37,116 nucleotides of DNA from a virus (taxonomy: Duplodnaviria > Caudoviricetes). This document shows positions 16,353-24,216 of this stretch, in pieces; position 1 is the first letter of the stretch, and the number at the start of each line of letters is the position of its first letter. The notes below the pieces were generated by a model. The model was not told the DNA's origin. It saw nothing but the letters and a program-made list of their open reading frames with translations, and did no database searches. The stretch spans positions 1-37,116 of the IMG/VR virus record IMGVR_UViG_3300008255_000071; one strand, given 5' to 3'. A program made the position numbers and the translations under genes.

Positions 16353-16571
16353 ATGAGAACAGGCGACAACCTGGACCACGAGGAGTTTCACAGGGTCTAC
16401 TGCTCTGAGTGTCAGCTCTCCCTAGGACGTCGTGAACACCGAGTCGTCTTCAGCGACAAGGTCTTCCACGAAAGGTGTTGGGACACCGCAAGGAGGCGCG
16501 GCCGTCTGGCTGCGTCCTTTCCTGGCGAGGCGACACCGCCGGAGGGTGTGGGGAAAACTGAAAGGGGGTGA
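16353..16571 (+). CDS. 72-aa Zn-finger protein (CxxC...HxxC, LIM-like half site)
   Basis: AGGAGG SD overlapping the previous stop; CSEC and FHERC. Confidence 0.7.
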   Translation: MRTGDNLDHEEFHRVYCSECQLSLGRREHRVVFSDKVFHERCWDTARRRGRLAASFPGEATPPEGVGKTERG

Positions 16572-16702
16572 TCAACATCTCGTAGTCCTACCCGGACTAT
16601 AGTGAATCTCTCTACCGCGAGGCTTCCGTCATTACTCGCGGCCGCACGCTTCCCCTTGGGTAAGGGAGGCAAACCAAGGCCCCCGGAGCAATCTGGGGGC
16701 CT
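16560..16702 (+). ncRNA. Candidate structured RNA / 3' trailer: long SD-like tract followed by four hairpins
   Basis: GAAAGGGGGTGATC; stems TAGTCC/GGACTA, CCGCGAG/CTCGCGG, GCTTCCC/GGGAGGC, AGGCCCCCGGA-GCAA-TCTGGGGGCCT. Confidence 0.4.
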
Positions 16703-16714
16703 ACAAAATTACAT

Positions 16715-16723
16715 TGTGGATAA
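16715..16723 (-). promoter_or_regulatory. Perfect DnaA box (TGTGGATAA on +)
   Basis: Reverse complement of TTATCCACA, upstream of the early promoter. Confidence 0.65.
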
Positions 16724-16728
16724 CTCTT

Positions 16729-16755
16729 AAAACCCTCATTCAATGAGGGTTTTTT
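16729..16755 (+). terminator. Bidirectional-type hairpin terminator
   Basis: AAAACCCTCATT-c-AATGAGGGTTTTTT. Confidence 0.65.
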
Positions 16756-16760
16756 GAGTG

Positions 16761-16790
16761 TTGACTATGGGGAAAACTTTGAGTTATACT
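16761..16790 (+). promoter_or_regulatory. Early promoter TTGACT-18bp-TATACT with box-like TGGGGAAAA in the spacer
   Basis: -35 16761-16766, -10 16785-16790, upstream of the recT operon. Confidence 0.7.
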
Positions 16791-16824
16791 GAAGGAAAGG
16801 TCGCTTATCAATTAACCAACATCA

Positions 16825-17040
16825 ATGATTAAATACGAGAATCAAGGACTGTTCATCCGGGCGATACGTGACATCACGTTTCATCCGAACGGACGGACCA
16901 TCGAGAGCTGGCGAGAGTATCGGCCGTGGGTTCGCTTTGTCTGGCGCACCGCGTTGCCGGGGATCTTGCTGGGAGCTTTGATCAGTTTTTGCATTTGGCT
17001 TTCTATGGTCGTGCAAATCGCTGGCATCGAGCTTCAGTAA
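16825..17040 (+). CDS. Small protein with C-terminal TM helix
   Basis: ALPGILLGALISFCIWLSMVVQIAGI; first gene after the early promoter. Confidence 0.6.
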   Translation: MIKYENQGLFIRAIRDITFHPNGRTIESWREYRPWVRFVWRTALPGILLGALISFCIWLSMVVQIAGIELQ

Positions 17041-17071
17041 AATACAAACGTAATTTCAGACACCCTACGAT

Positions 17072-17935
17072 ATGACTGAAAAAGAAAAGTCGGTAGTGAC
17101 CCACGCTGTCACCACCCCCAACAAGCAGCCTCCAACACCGCTAACAGTATTCAAGGCGGCGTTGGCTAACGATTATCAAAAGCAGGTCGTCAACTATTTC
17201 AATGGCGACAAGACCGCGGGTATGCGGTTTTTAACCTCGGCCGCAGACTATGTGCGACGCGTGCCAAAACTCCTAGAGTGCGATCCGCATTCGCTGATCA
17301 ATGCCTTAATGACAATCGCCTCTTTCCGGTTTATGCCCTCGAGCGTGGCCGGCGAAGCGTATATCATCCCGTATGGCGGTCAAGCTCAATTCCAGCCAGG
17401 TTACAAAGGTTATGTGACTCTGTTCTACCGGGCCGGAGTGAAGAAGATTGAGGGCGAGATTATTCGCGAGAACGACGAGTTTTCAATGACCAATGGCGAG
17501 CTGATTCACAAAATAGATCTTCGCAAAACTATGCGCGAGCGCGGTGCGCCGGTTGGCGCATATGTGCGCGTGACTCTGCCGTCCGGAGAAGAAGCGGTTA
17601 AGTATATGAACGGCGGTGATATCATCGCTCACGGCAAGAAGTTCTCTAAGGCATTTAGTAAGGCGGACAGCCCGTGGAACGCGGACAAGGACCCGGAGCT
17701 TTGGATGTGGAAGAAGACTGTGCTGTTGCAAGCGGCCAAGTTTTTACCGAAAAACGACGAGCTAGTTCGAGCTATGGAAGAGGACTTTAAGGACTCCACG
17801 GTGAGCGTGGGCGGTATGCTGGACGCTGAAGGCCCGGCAGTGGGAGCGGCTGACCATACGCCACAAGTGATGCCAGCTGAACCAGTTCCGGATGAGGAAA
17901 ACAACGATGAGGAAATTAAGACAATCAATTTATGA
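17072..17935 (+). CDS. recT: RecT-family ssDNA annealing protein
   Basis: PKLLECDPHSLINAL, GEAYIIPYGGQAQFQPGYKGY, SPW, MWKKTVL, KFLP; acidic C-tail. Confidence 0.93.
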   Translation: MTEKEKSVVTHAVTTPNKQPPTPLTVFKAALANDYQKQVVNYFNGDKTAGMRFLTSAADYVRRVPKLLECDPHSLINALMTIASFRFMPSSVAGEAYIIPYGGQAQFQPGYKGYVTLFYRAGVKKIEGEIIRENDEFSMTNGELIHKIDLRKTMRERGAPVGAYVRVTLPSGEEAVKYMNGGDIIAHGKKFSKAFSKADSPWNADKDPELWMWKKTVLLQAAKFLPKNDELVRAMEEDFKDSTVSVGGMLDAEGPAVGAADHTPQVMPAEPVPDEENNDEEIKTINL

Positions 17936-19866
17936 GCAACACCATTCAGTTACCGATCAGCTCGTTGTCTTACTCCGCACTCACACAACTGCTTCGCAAT
18001 CCGTTGATCTTTAAGCTCAAGTACGTTTTTGGTGTGTACGACGGAAAGATGAGCGTGAGCGGAATGATCGGCCGGGCCGGGCACGAAGCGCTCAAGGCCT
18101 ACTACGGAGGCCACCAAGACTATCCGCTACGAGCGGACCAGTGGCAGGCGCGCGACCTTGGCCTGGCCTATCTCGACACTTTTGACGACAGCGCCATCAA
18201 CTACGGCAAGAACGGTAGCCGCGAATCTATGCTCAAGGGTTATGCGCAGGCAATGGACTTTTACTTTACCGAAGAGCCGCAGTATCACGAGATTCTGATG
18301 TGCGAAGAAAAGATGGACGCCGAGATCAAGACATTGGAAGGCGACATGCTACCGCTACCGGCCGTGGGCGTGCCCGACTTGGTCCACAAGCGCGCTGATG
18401 GCAACGTGGAGATCATTGATACCAAATTTGTGTCTAGCTTCACCAGCTACGAAACAGAGGACTATATCAAGATCGTTCAGGCGCAATTCCTATTTCACTT
18501 GCTGCTTGCTACCAAAGGAATCAAGGCAGACCGCATGTTGTTTCGTGAGATTAAGCGTACGGCCAACAAAGACGGCGGTAATCAGATCCGCGACTATGCC
18601 ATCCCGTTCGAGCACAACCAGTACCGGACTATCTTCTACAACATATTCAAAGATGTGGTCAAATTCCTTTCCACCCCCAACCAGATCTTTTTGCCAAACC
18701 TAGGGGATCTGTTCGATGGCGAGCAAGCCGGACTGTTGTACGCACAAGGCCTGATCAATGCGGATATGAGCGACGTGGAGGTAATGCACAAGGTCAAGGA
18801 CGTGGCTTTTGCCAGCAAGAAGTTCGTCAGCTCACGTTTGGACCGCGTAGAGAATCAGTACCTGAACCCGGAAGAGCGAATCAAGTTGCGTCTAGCTGAG
18901 TTCGGCATCCCGGTGGAGCCTGTGGACGTGAAGACCGGCGCGACGATCACGCAGTATCGCTTTAAGGTGTCGGCCGGCATCCGGATGAGCACGATCGTCA
19001 AGCACAAGGACGATATTGTTCGAGCCTTGGAAAGCACCGGAGAAGTGCGCATATTAGCCCCTATTCCCGGTACAAGCTATGTCGGTATAGAAGTTGAGAA
19101 CAAAACGCGCCAGACGGCCAAAATGGGCCGGCAACACCTAGCTCCAGGCACGCTGTCCCTGCCTATTGGCGTAGATGTGCACGGCGAGGCTATCGGACTA
19201 GACTTAGCCGAGGCACCGCACCTGTTAATCGCCGGCGCAACCGGCTCCGGTAAGAGCGTGTTGCTGCACACTTTGATCACCGCGCTGACTAAGCAAATGG
19301 GGCCGGAGGAGCTGAGAATGATCTTAATTGACCCAAAGCGCGTGGAGCTATCTGCCTTTGATGAAAGCCGTCACCTGCTTGGGCCGATTGTGTACGAGCA
19401 AGAGGACGCCTTCCGCTATCTGACTGAGCTGACTGAGGAGATGGAGCGTCGGTACAAGATCCTGAAAAAAGCCGGCAAGCGCAACATAGCGGAGTTCAAC
19501 GAGAGCAAGCGCAAAGAAAGCTTGAAGATGCCTTATATCGTGCTGGTCATCGATGAGTTCGCTGACTTTATGCTTAGGCGTAAAACTGGCGCGCTGATGG
19601 AGAGCTTAATCGTACGGTTGGCGCAGATGGCCCGAGCCGCAGGAATCCACCTGATCATTGCCACGCAGAGGCCATCAACGGACGTGATTAGCGGACTTAT
19701 AAAAGCTAACTTCCCAACTAGAATCGCTCTAACTACTGCTTCGCCGGTCGATAGCGAAGTCATCCTAGGCAAGCGCGGCGCTGAAAAGCTGGCTGGCAAG
19801 GGAGATTTACTCCTACTCAGCCCTGCCCTCCGCGGACTTAAGCGACTACAAGCATTTTCCCTATGA
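17932..19866 (+). CDS. PD-(D/E)XK nuclease fused to an FtsK/SpoIIIE alpha-beta DNA translocase motor
   Basis: N-half LSYSAL, GRAGHEAL, GVPDLV, IIDTKF, Q; C-half RILAPIPG..YVGIEVEN, HLLIAGATGSGKS, IDPKRVEL, VIDEFAD, RAAGIHLIIATQRPS, ANFPTRI. Confidence 0.9.
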   Translation: MSNTIQLPISSLSYSALTQLLRNPLIFKLKYVFGVYDGKMSVSGMIGRAGHEALKAYYGGHQDYPLRADQWQARDLGLAYLDTFDDSAINYGKNGSRESMLKGYAQAMDFYFTEEPQYHEILMCEEKMDAEIKTLEGDMLPLPAVGVPDLVHKRADGNVEIIDTKFVSSFTSYETEDYIKIVQAQFLFHLLLATKGIKADRMLFREIKRTANKDGGNQIRDYAIPFEHNQYRTIFYNIFKDVVKFLSTPNQIFLPNLGDLFDGEQAGLLYAQGLINADMSDVEVMHKVKDVAFASKKFVSSRLDRVENQYLNPEERIKLRLAEFGIPVEPVDVKTGATITQYRFKVSAGIRMSTIVKHKDDIVRALESTGEVRILAPIPGTSYVGIEVENKTRQTAKMGRQHLAPGTLSLPIGVDVHGEAIGLDLAEAPHLLIAGATGSGKSVLLHTLITALTKQMGPEELRMILIDPKRVELSAFDESRHLLGPIVYEQEDAFRYLTELTEEMERRYKILKKAGKRNIAEFNESKRKESLKMPYIVLVIDEFADFMLRRKTGALMESLIVRLAQMARAAGIHLIIATQRPSTDVISGLIKANFPTRIALTTASPVDSEVILGKRGAEKLAGKGDLLLLSPALRGLKRLQAFSL

Positions 19867-20231
19867 CAGAAGACTACTTACTAATGTTGGTGGCTAAGAA
19901 ATACAAGCTCACTAAGCAGGAAATCCTTTCCAAGACGCGTCGAGCAGATGTGGTCCGGGCCAGGTCGCTATACTGGCACCTGCTCCGGCACGTGGCCGAT
20001 TGGTCTTACCCCAGAATCGGCCGGATCACGGGCCACGATCACACGACAGTGTCCTATGGCGTGGCTAAATTTGACGCAGAAAGCCCGACGAGCAAGCAGG
20101 AGTATAAGAAGATCCATCTTGATATGGTGAAGTATATACACGAGCGCTTGATGGCGAAGAGAGATAAGAAAAAGGCAGCAAAGACGGTCATTTTGAAGCC
20201 TGACGGGACGTGGGAGGAGAAAGGTGAATAA
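19863..20231 (+). CDS. Stand-alone DnaA C-terminal (domain IV) HTH DNA-binding protein
   Basis: EILSKTRRADVVRAR...SYPRIGRITGHDHTTVSYG matches the DnaA R..R...RQ / SL..IG..FG.RDHTTV signature. Confidence 0.85.
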   Translation: MTEDYLLMLVAKKYKLTKQEILSKTRRADVVRARSLYWHLLRHVADWSYPRIGRITGHDHTTVSYGVAKFDAESPTSKQEYKKIHLDMVKYIHERLMAKRDKKKAAKTVILKPDGTWEEKGE

Positions 20232-20377
20232 ACTGTGAATAAGTCGGCCATCGGAGTTAATAACATCTTAATCATTTGGGGAAAACTAAAAGAGGGCTTC
20301 AAAATGAACCAAAGATATTAACAGCTTACGAATGGCTCATCCACAGTTTTGGAATACTTATTCACAGTTTATACACT
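20223..20377. promoter_or_regulatory. DnaA-box cluster, putative replication origin
   Basis: TGTGAATAA 20234-20242 and TTATTCACA 20358-20366 (consensus TTATNCACA); GGTGAATAA 20223, TCATCCACA 20337, TTATACACT 20369 (1 mismatch); weaker TGGGGAAAA 20277 and ATATTAACA 20315; AT-rich intergenic. Confidence 0.7.
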
Positions 20378-20495
20378 CCAATTTAGCCTTGAAAATGGAC
20401 CCTGACCCGCATAAAACCTAGGGCGCGGGAAAGAGCTCTACTAGCGGCGAATTGTTTTTATCATTAAAAACCAGTAACAGTAATCGAGAAACTAT

Positions 20496-20855
20496 ATGGA
20501 CAAGAATGCGATAAAAGGTCAAGTGGACCACTGCCTGCGCAACTACCCTGAAACTAGGAATAGCGACGTGCGGCTGATGATCTATATCTGGCGGCTATTC
20601 CACTCCGTCGGGTCCACGATCTCCGTAGAACAACTGTACGACTTACCCCGTGAAGACAGTGTGAAACGATTCCGGGCGATGCTCAACGCCGAAGGCAAGT
20701 ACTATCCCACCGACTGGAAGATAGCTAAGCGCCGGGGTATGGAAGAAAACAAGTGGCGGGAGGCTCTAGGATATCCAACCAAAGAAAGTACTCAAAACCC
20801 AACAAAGGTCGAATCATACATGGACCCGCAAAAACCAACCTTATTCAGGCCATAA
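20496..20855 (+). CDS. Hypothetical protein (possible small DNA-binding helical domain)
   Basis: tATG start; YPETRNSDVRL...PREDSVKRFRAMLN...YYPTD. Confidence 0.7.
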   Translation: MDKNAIKGQVDHCLRNYPETRNSDVRLMIYIWRLFHSVGSTISVEQLYDLPREDSVKRFRAMLNAEGKYYPTDWKIAKRRGMEENKWREALGYPTKESTQNPTKVESYMDPQKPTLFRP

Positions 20856-20859
20856 TTCT

Positions 20860-21087
20860 ATGGGGCACAACTGCACCGAGAAGCGTCAGTATCGGAAGAA
20901 AGAAGCCATGCAAACACGCAATCACGCAGAGAAGAACGGCAGACAGCTTCGAGTGTACCAATGCAACCACTGTGACTTCTGGCATTTAACAAAATACGAT
21001 CGCAACGGATTCAAAATCAAAAAGAAAATCAGAAAAAACGGCAAACAGCGAAAGTCTACATGGAATCCTTCCAAGCTTGACAATTAG
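20860..21087 (+). CDS. Small basic Zn-binding phage protein
   Basis: CTEKRQY...RVYQCNHCDFWHLT motif. Confidence 0.7.
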   Translation: MGHNCTEKRQYRKKEAMQTRNHAEKNGRQLRVYQCNHCDFWHLTKYDRNGFKIKKKIRKNGKQRKSTWNPSKLDN

Positions 21088-21110
21088 AAAATCTAAAGAC
21101 AAAAACTATT

Positions 21111-21356
21111 ATGAGTGAAAATAAATTGTGGCAGGGGTATCTGTCCGAACTTCGGGCCACGCTGATCAAGCAGGGGTTTGATCTAGTAAATACTGAGGGC
21201 AAACTGGTGATTGACAGCGAAGGGATCTGGTATGTGGGAGTGAACGCATTGACCAGGGACGGCGAGCGAAAAGAGATCACGCCATTTTTCAAGGTCGGGG
21301 AAGACAAAGAAACCGCCGACAATTTACTGCTGGAGCTAGAGAGCGAGCTCATATAA
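21111..21356 (+). CDS. Hypothetical protein
   Basis: Co-oriented, tATG start, globular-looking 81 aa. Confidence 0.65.
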   Translation: MSENKLWQGYLSELRATLIKQGFDLVNTEGKLVIDSEGIWYVGVNALTRDGERKEITPFFKVGEDKETADNLLLELESELI

Positions 21357-21459
21357 GCAAAACCCGCGGCCTCTTAAGGATCCCCGCGGGTGTGCTGGCT
21401 GGGGATCGAACCCAGCTGCACAACATATAACGAAACAAAAAAGAAAATAATACAAGTCT

Positions 21460-21648
21460 ATGAAAGCTATTATTTGTGACAAATGCAAGAAGCAGACACC
21501 AAGAGAAGGAATAATCGATAGAGCCGTGAGCGTAAAATACCGGAAACGCGAAAGTCTATGGGAGGAGTTTTCGCGCCCAGACACGGTAGTTGATCTTTGC
21601 TGGAGCTGTTTTGATGAATTTAGGGTATGGATTAAGATGATGGGGTAG
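21460..21648 (+). CDS. Small zinc-finger protein
   Basis: ICDKCK...DLCWSCF. Confidence 0.7.
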   Translation: MKAIICDKCKKQTPREGIIDRAVSVKYRKRESLWEEFSRPDTVVDLCWSCFDEFRVWIKMMG

Positions 21649-21663
21649 AACATAATTAACCCC

Positions 21664-21820
21664 CAGAGAAGTTGCGGGCTGGAGTGGCGGACAGTGAGCC
21701 GTAAGGGAATGAGCTGCCGGAACAGGCCGAAAGGTACTTCCGAAACCTACCCGGCCCAAGCAGTAAAGGGTGACATGGTCTGCAAAGTCAAACCTTTGCC
21801 TCCAGCCCCCAGCTTCTCTG
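21664..21820 (+). ncRNA. Candidate 157-nt structured RNA
   Basis: Ends pair over 21 nt (CAGAGAAGTTGCGGGCTGGAG / CTCCAGCCCCCAGCTTCTCTG, one wobble and one mismatch); internal GTAA and GAAA tetraloop hairpins; GC-rich between AT-rich flanks. Confidence 0.6.
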
Positions 21821-21847
21821 ATTAAGAATAATTAAGTAAATAAAAAA

Positions 21848-22036
21848 ATGGAAATAAAAAAAGGACTTGAGCATTCAACATCTGACCCGTGGTATGACTT
21901 GTCTGCTGGCGGTTATCTGAGGCCGGAAGAGATCTGTGAAAATCCCGAAGACGCCAAGAAGGTGAGCGAGGCAGTAGAAACTATAGAAGACTTCCTTAAT
22001 TCGTGCGAAGAACAGATTGACGGATTTTTGCAATAA
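21848..22036 (+). CDS. Small acidic hypothetical protein
   Basis: A-rich leader; stop overlaps the next start. Confidence 0.65.
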   Translation: MEIKKGLEHSTSDPWYDLSAGGYLRPEEICENPEDAKKVSEAVETIEDFLNSCEEQIDGFLQ

Positions 22037-22449
22037 TGACCCCCACCCCAAACAAAAAACTGAATAGCGAGTGTTGTGAGTGGAAAGGTACAAAAACTAG
22101 CAAGGGGTATGGAGTTATGACTCTTAATGGCAAGCAGTATCGTGTTCAACGCATCGCAGTTTTATTAAGCGGTAGGAAGATACCTAAGGGAATGGTAACA
22201 GACCATTTATGTAGGAATCGTGCTTGCATAAACCCAGAGCATTTAGAGGTTGTTACTAATACAGAGAACGTAATGAGAGGAGAAAGTTTTTCTGTAAACA
22301 ATCTAAGAAAGGATAGGTGTGATAATGGTCATTTATATTCGGAACACGGAAAGTTTAGTAAACGCAAGACGGGGAAAGTATGGAGAAGCTGTAGGGTTTG
22401 TATAAATGAACAAAGGAAAAGGCGAAGAGCAAATGGTAGTGAAGAATAA
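22036..22449 (+). CDS. HNH endonuclease (His-Me finger, homing type)
   Basis: CCEWKG..SKGYG, DHLCRNRACINPEHLEVVTNTEN, C-terminal CDNGH...CRVC. Confidence 0.9.
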   Translation: MTPTPNKKLNSECCEWKGTKTSKGYGVMTLNGKQYRVQRIAVLLSGRKIPKGMVTDHLCRNRACINPEHLEVVTNTENVMRGESFSVNNLRKDRCDNGHLYSEHGKFSKRKTGKVWRSCRVCINEQRKRRRANGSEE

Positions 22450-22457
22450 AAAATACT

Positions 22458-22844
22458 ATGAATAAAGAAAAAAACTGTCACACCCCCTCCCAAGAGAGCG
22501 AGTGGGAGGAGGAGTTTGAGGAGAAGTTTGAGAATGTCCACTATGTAGTTTCGTGGGGAGAGCAGAAATGTGATTGCCGTGATGACGGCACCGAAAAAGG
22601 GAGCGAGGTATGTAAGACTAATATCAAATCCTACATCCATTCCCTCCTCACCCGCCAAGAAACTCAACTCCGAGAGCGGATAGGGGAGAAAGTGAAAGTG
22701 CTAGACAATCTTAATGTCCTTGAGGCTCACTATCACGAGATAACACACGCAGATGAAAAATTAAAAAACATTCAGGCTAGAAGTATGCAGATCGGATTTT
22801 CTAAAGCAACCACCGCCGTCCTCAAGATAATTAAAGGAGAGTAA
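22458..22844 (+). CDS. Hypothetical protein
   Basis: Co-oriented in a tight array; WEEEFEEKF...IKSYIHSLL. Confidence 0.65.
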   Translation: MNKEKNCHTPSQESEWEEEFEEKFENVHYVVSWGEQKCDCRDDGTEKGSEVCKTNIKSYIHSLLTRQETQLRERIGEKVKVLDNLNVLEAHYHEITHADEKLKNIQARSMQIGFSKATTAVLKIIKGE

Positions 22845-22849
22845 CCCCT

Positions 22850-22972
22850 ATGGAAACACAAAAAATCCCCAATGAACTCCGAAAACTCATCGCCTGGGCC
22901 AAAGCCGAAATCAAAGAGTACGAGAAGTTTATAGAAATGTTGGAGAAGAAAATTAACCCAAGGAGGAAATAA
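22850..22972 (+). CDS. 40-aa helical protein (METQKIPNELRKLIAWAKAEIKEYEKFIEMLEKKINPRRK)
   Basis: cctATG start, tiles the gap; not in the track. Confidence 0.6.
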   Translation: METQKIPNELRKLIAWAKAEIKEYEKFIEMLEKKINPRRK

Positions 22973-22975
22973 CCT

Positions 22976-23128
22976 ATGACCTCAAAAGTAAACATAAGAA
23001 AATCCGGCAACGGCTACCTGATTGAGATTGATGATGGCATAACCAACCCCGTGTACGCCATCAGCAAAGACGAGCTGGAGCAAATAGTGCTTATCGGGAG
23101 AGTTATTGTTAACGAGGAAAACCTATGA
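22976..23128 (+). CDS. 50-aa protein (MTSKVNIRKSGNGYLIEIDDGITNPVYAISKDELEQIVLIGRVIVNEENL)
   Basis: cctATG start with AGGAGG upstream; tiles the gap; not in the track. Confidence 0.6.
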   Translation: MTSKVNIRKSGNGYLIEIDDGITNPVYAISKDELEQIVLIGRVIVNEENL

Positions 23129-23146
23129 CCTCCCACCAAAAAAAGT

Positions 23147-23482
23147 ATGACTAACTGGATCAAGCGCATTTTCAGAATCCGTAAAGTTGTCCCGACTGCC
23201 CCGCCGATTTTGCTGTTGCCTGCCCCAGACCCGGAGCGGTGGATTGATCAACGCTTTTTTACAAACCTAATTTTAGAGAATATCCGACGCCGCATGCAGC
23301 AGATCTTGTCTGAATTCCCGACCACAAGCAAAAGTATTTATGAGATGGCGGTGGAGGTAGCCATGCTGGAGGAGGTATTCGCTAAAAATTACGATAAGAT
23401 CCACGGACAGGGCGCATTTCCTCGTGGTGGTTTTAAGTTCGCCGCAAAAAACAAACCACGCCCATTTGAAGAGAGCCTATGA
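23147..23482 (+). CDS. Hypothetical protein
   Basis: ATGA overlap with the next gene. Confidence 0.6.
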   Translation: MTNWIKRIFRIRKVVPTAPPILLLPAPDPERWIDQRFFTNLILENIRRRMQQILSEFPTTSKSIYEMAVEVAMLEEVFAKNYDKIHGQGAFPRGGFKFAAKNKPRPFEESL

Positions 23483-23880
23483 ACATCAAACAACCCGGCA
23501 AAGGCTATATCATTAAAAAGCCGATTGTCTACGCGCCGATCAAAGACATCATCTACGGCAACACTAGAACGAAGGAAAGCTATGTGCGCTGGCTGGCTAA
23601 GCACCTGGACTCACGCGAAGTGGTCGCCTTCCCGGCCTATTGGAACGGCCAAGGATATGTGCTGACAGATGGCAATCACCGAACCAAGGCCGCGGCGCTG
23701 GCCGGGTACGAGTACGTGCCCGTGGTCCTGTTGACGAAGCAGGAGTATGACTTTGTGAAGTACAGCACCCGGCATATCAACATCTCCGCTTTCTATCCCA
23801 AAAGGCCTATCAAGTTACCAACTCCCCCCGTCGGGGTGGATGCCGGGATCATTAACAAAATTGTACACTTCACGACTTAA
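23479..23880 (+). CDS. ParB/Srx N-terminal-domain-like protein
   Basis: YVLTDGNHRTKAAALAGYEYVPVVL. Confidence 0.75.
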   Translation: MNIKQPGKGYIIKKPIVYAPIKDIIYGNTRTKESYVRWLAKHLDSREVVAFPAYWNGQGYVLTDGNHRTKAAALAGYEYVPVVLLTKQEYDFVKYSTRHINISAFYPKRPIKLPTPPVGVDAGIINKIVHFTT

Positions 23881-23887
23881 TCTGAAG

Positions 23888-23924
23888 TAATCCACAAGCA
23901 AATTCGCTCTTGACGTGGTATGAT
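23888..23924 (+). promoter_or_regulatory. Extended -10 promoter (TGgTATGAT) with upstream DnaA-box-like TAATCCACA; packaging operon
   Basis: Box 23888-23896, TG 23916-23917, TATGAT 23919-23924. Confidence 0.6.
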
Positions 23925-24107
23925 TATCTTGGTAGCAGTGATCATTCACTGTCTGCTGGTAAAACCTTTTTTGAGTGTAGCGTGTCGCAAGGAGTTATTC
24001 GCTCCTTGCGAAGCTGAGCATAGCTGAGATGAGCCTCCTCCCCAGGAGCTGATCAACGCGCGGCCGTAAAGGCGAAACTGCTTGGCTTCGTAAGTAGCGA
24101 ATACACA

Positions 24108-24215
24108 ATGGCTAATATACCGATCAAATGGCAGCACTACCGCACCCGGAAGTATAAGGTGAAGTTTTGGCTCGCGTTTCTTGGCTTGAAACTCCGTAAT
24201 TTAATCGGCCGCTAA
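24108..24215 (+). CDS. 35-aa basic peptide (MANIPIKWQHYRTRKYKVKFWLAFLGLKLRNLIGR)
   Basis: Stop lies 1 nt before the terminase small subunit ATG. Confidence 0.45.
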   Translation: MANIPIKWQHYRTRKYKVKFWLAFLGLKLRNLIGR

Positions 24216-24216
24216 T

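Noticed and set aside
16202-16408. Track ORF of 68 aa
   Set aside because: Overlaps the better ORF 16191-16343, which has an SD, a GTG start and paired CxxC motifs
21363-21416. tRNA-like T-arm on the minus strand (GCTGGG-TTCGATC-CCCAGC) next to a CCCGCGG/CCGCGGG hairpin
   Set aside because: No D-arm, anticodon arm or acceptor stem can be built from the flanks, and there is no integrase to make it an att site
23479-23880. ParB as evidence of a plasmid partition system
   Set aside because: Only the N-terminal Srx-like motif, with no HTH and no ParA; such genes are common beside terminases
24049-24100. Hammerhead-like words CTGATCA...GCC-GTAAA-GGC-GAAAC-stem
   Set aside because: Core should be CUGANGA directly abutting stem II with a NUH cleavage triplet after stem III; both are missing
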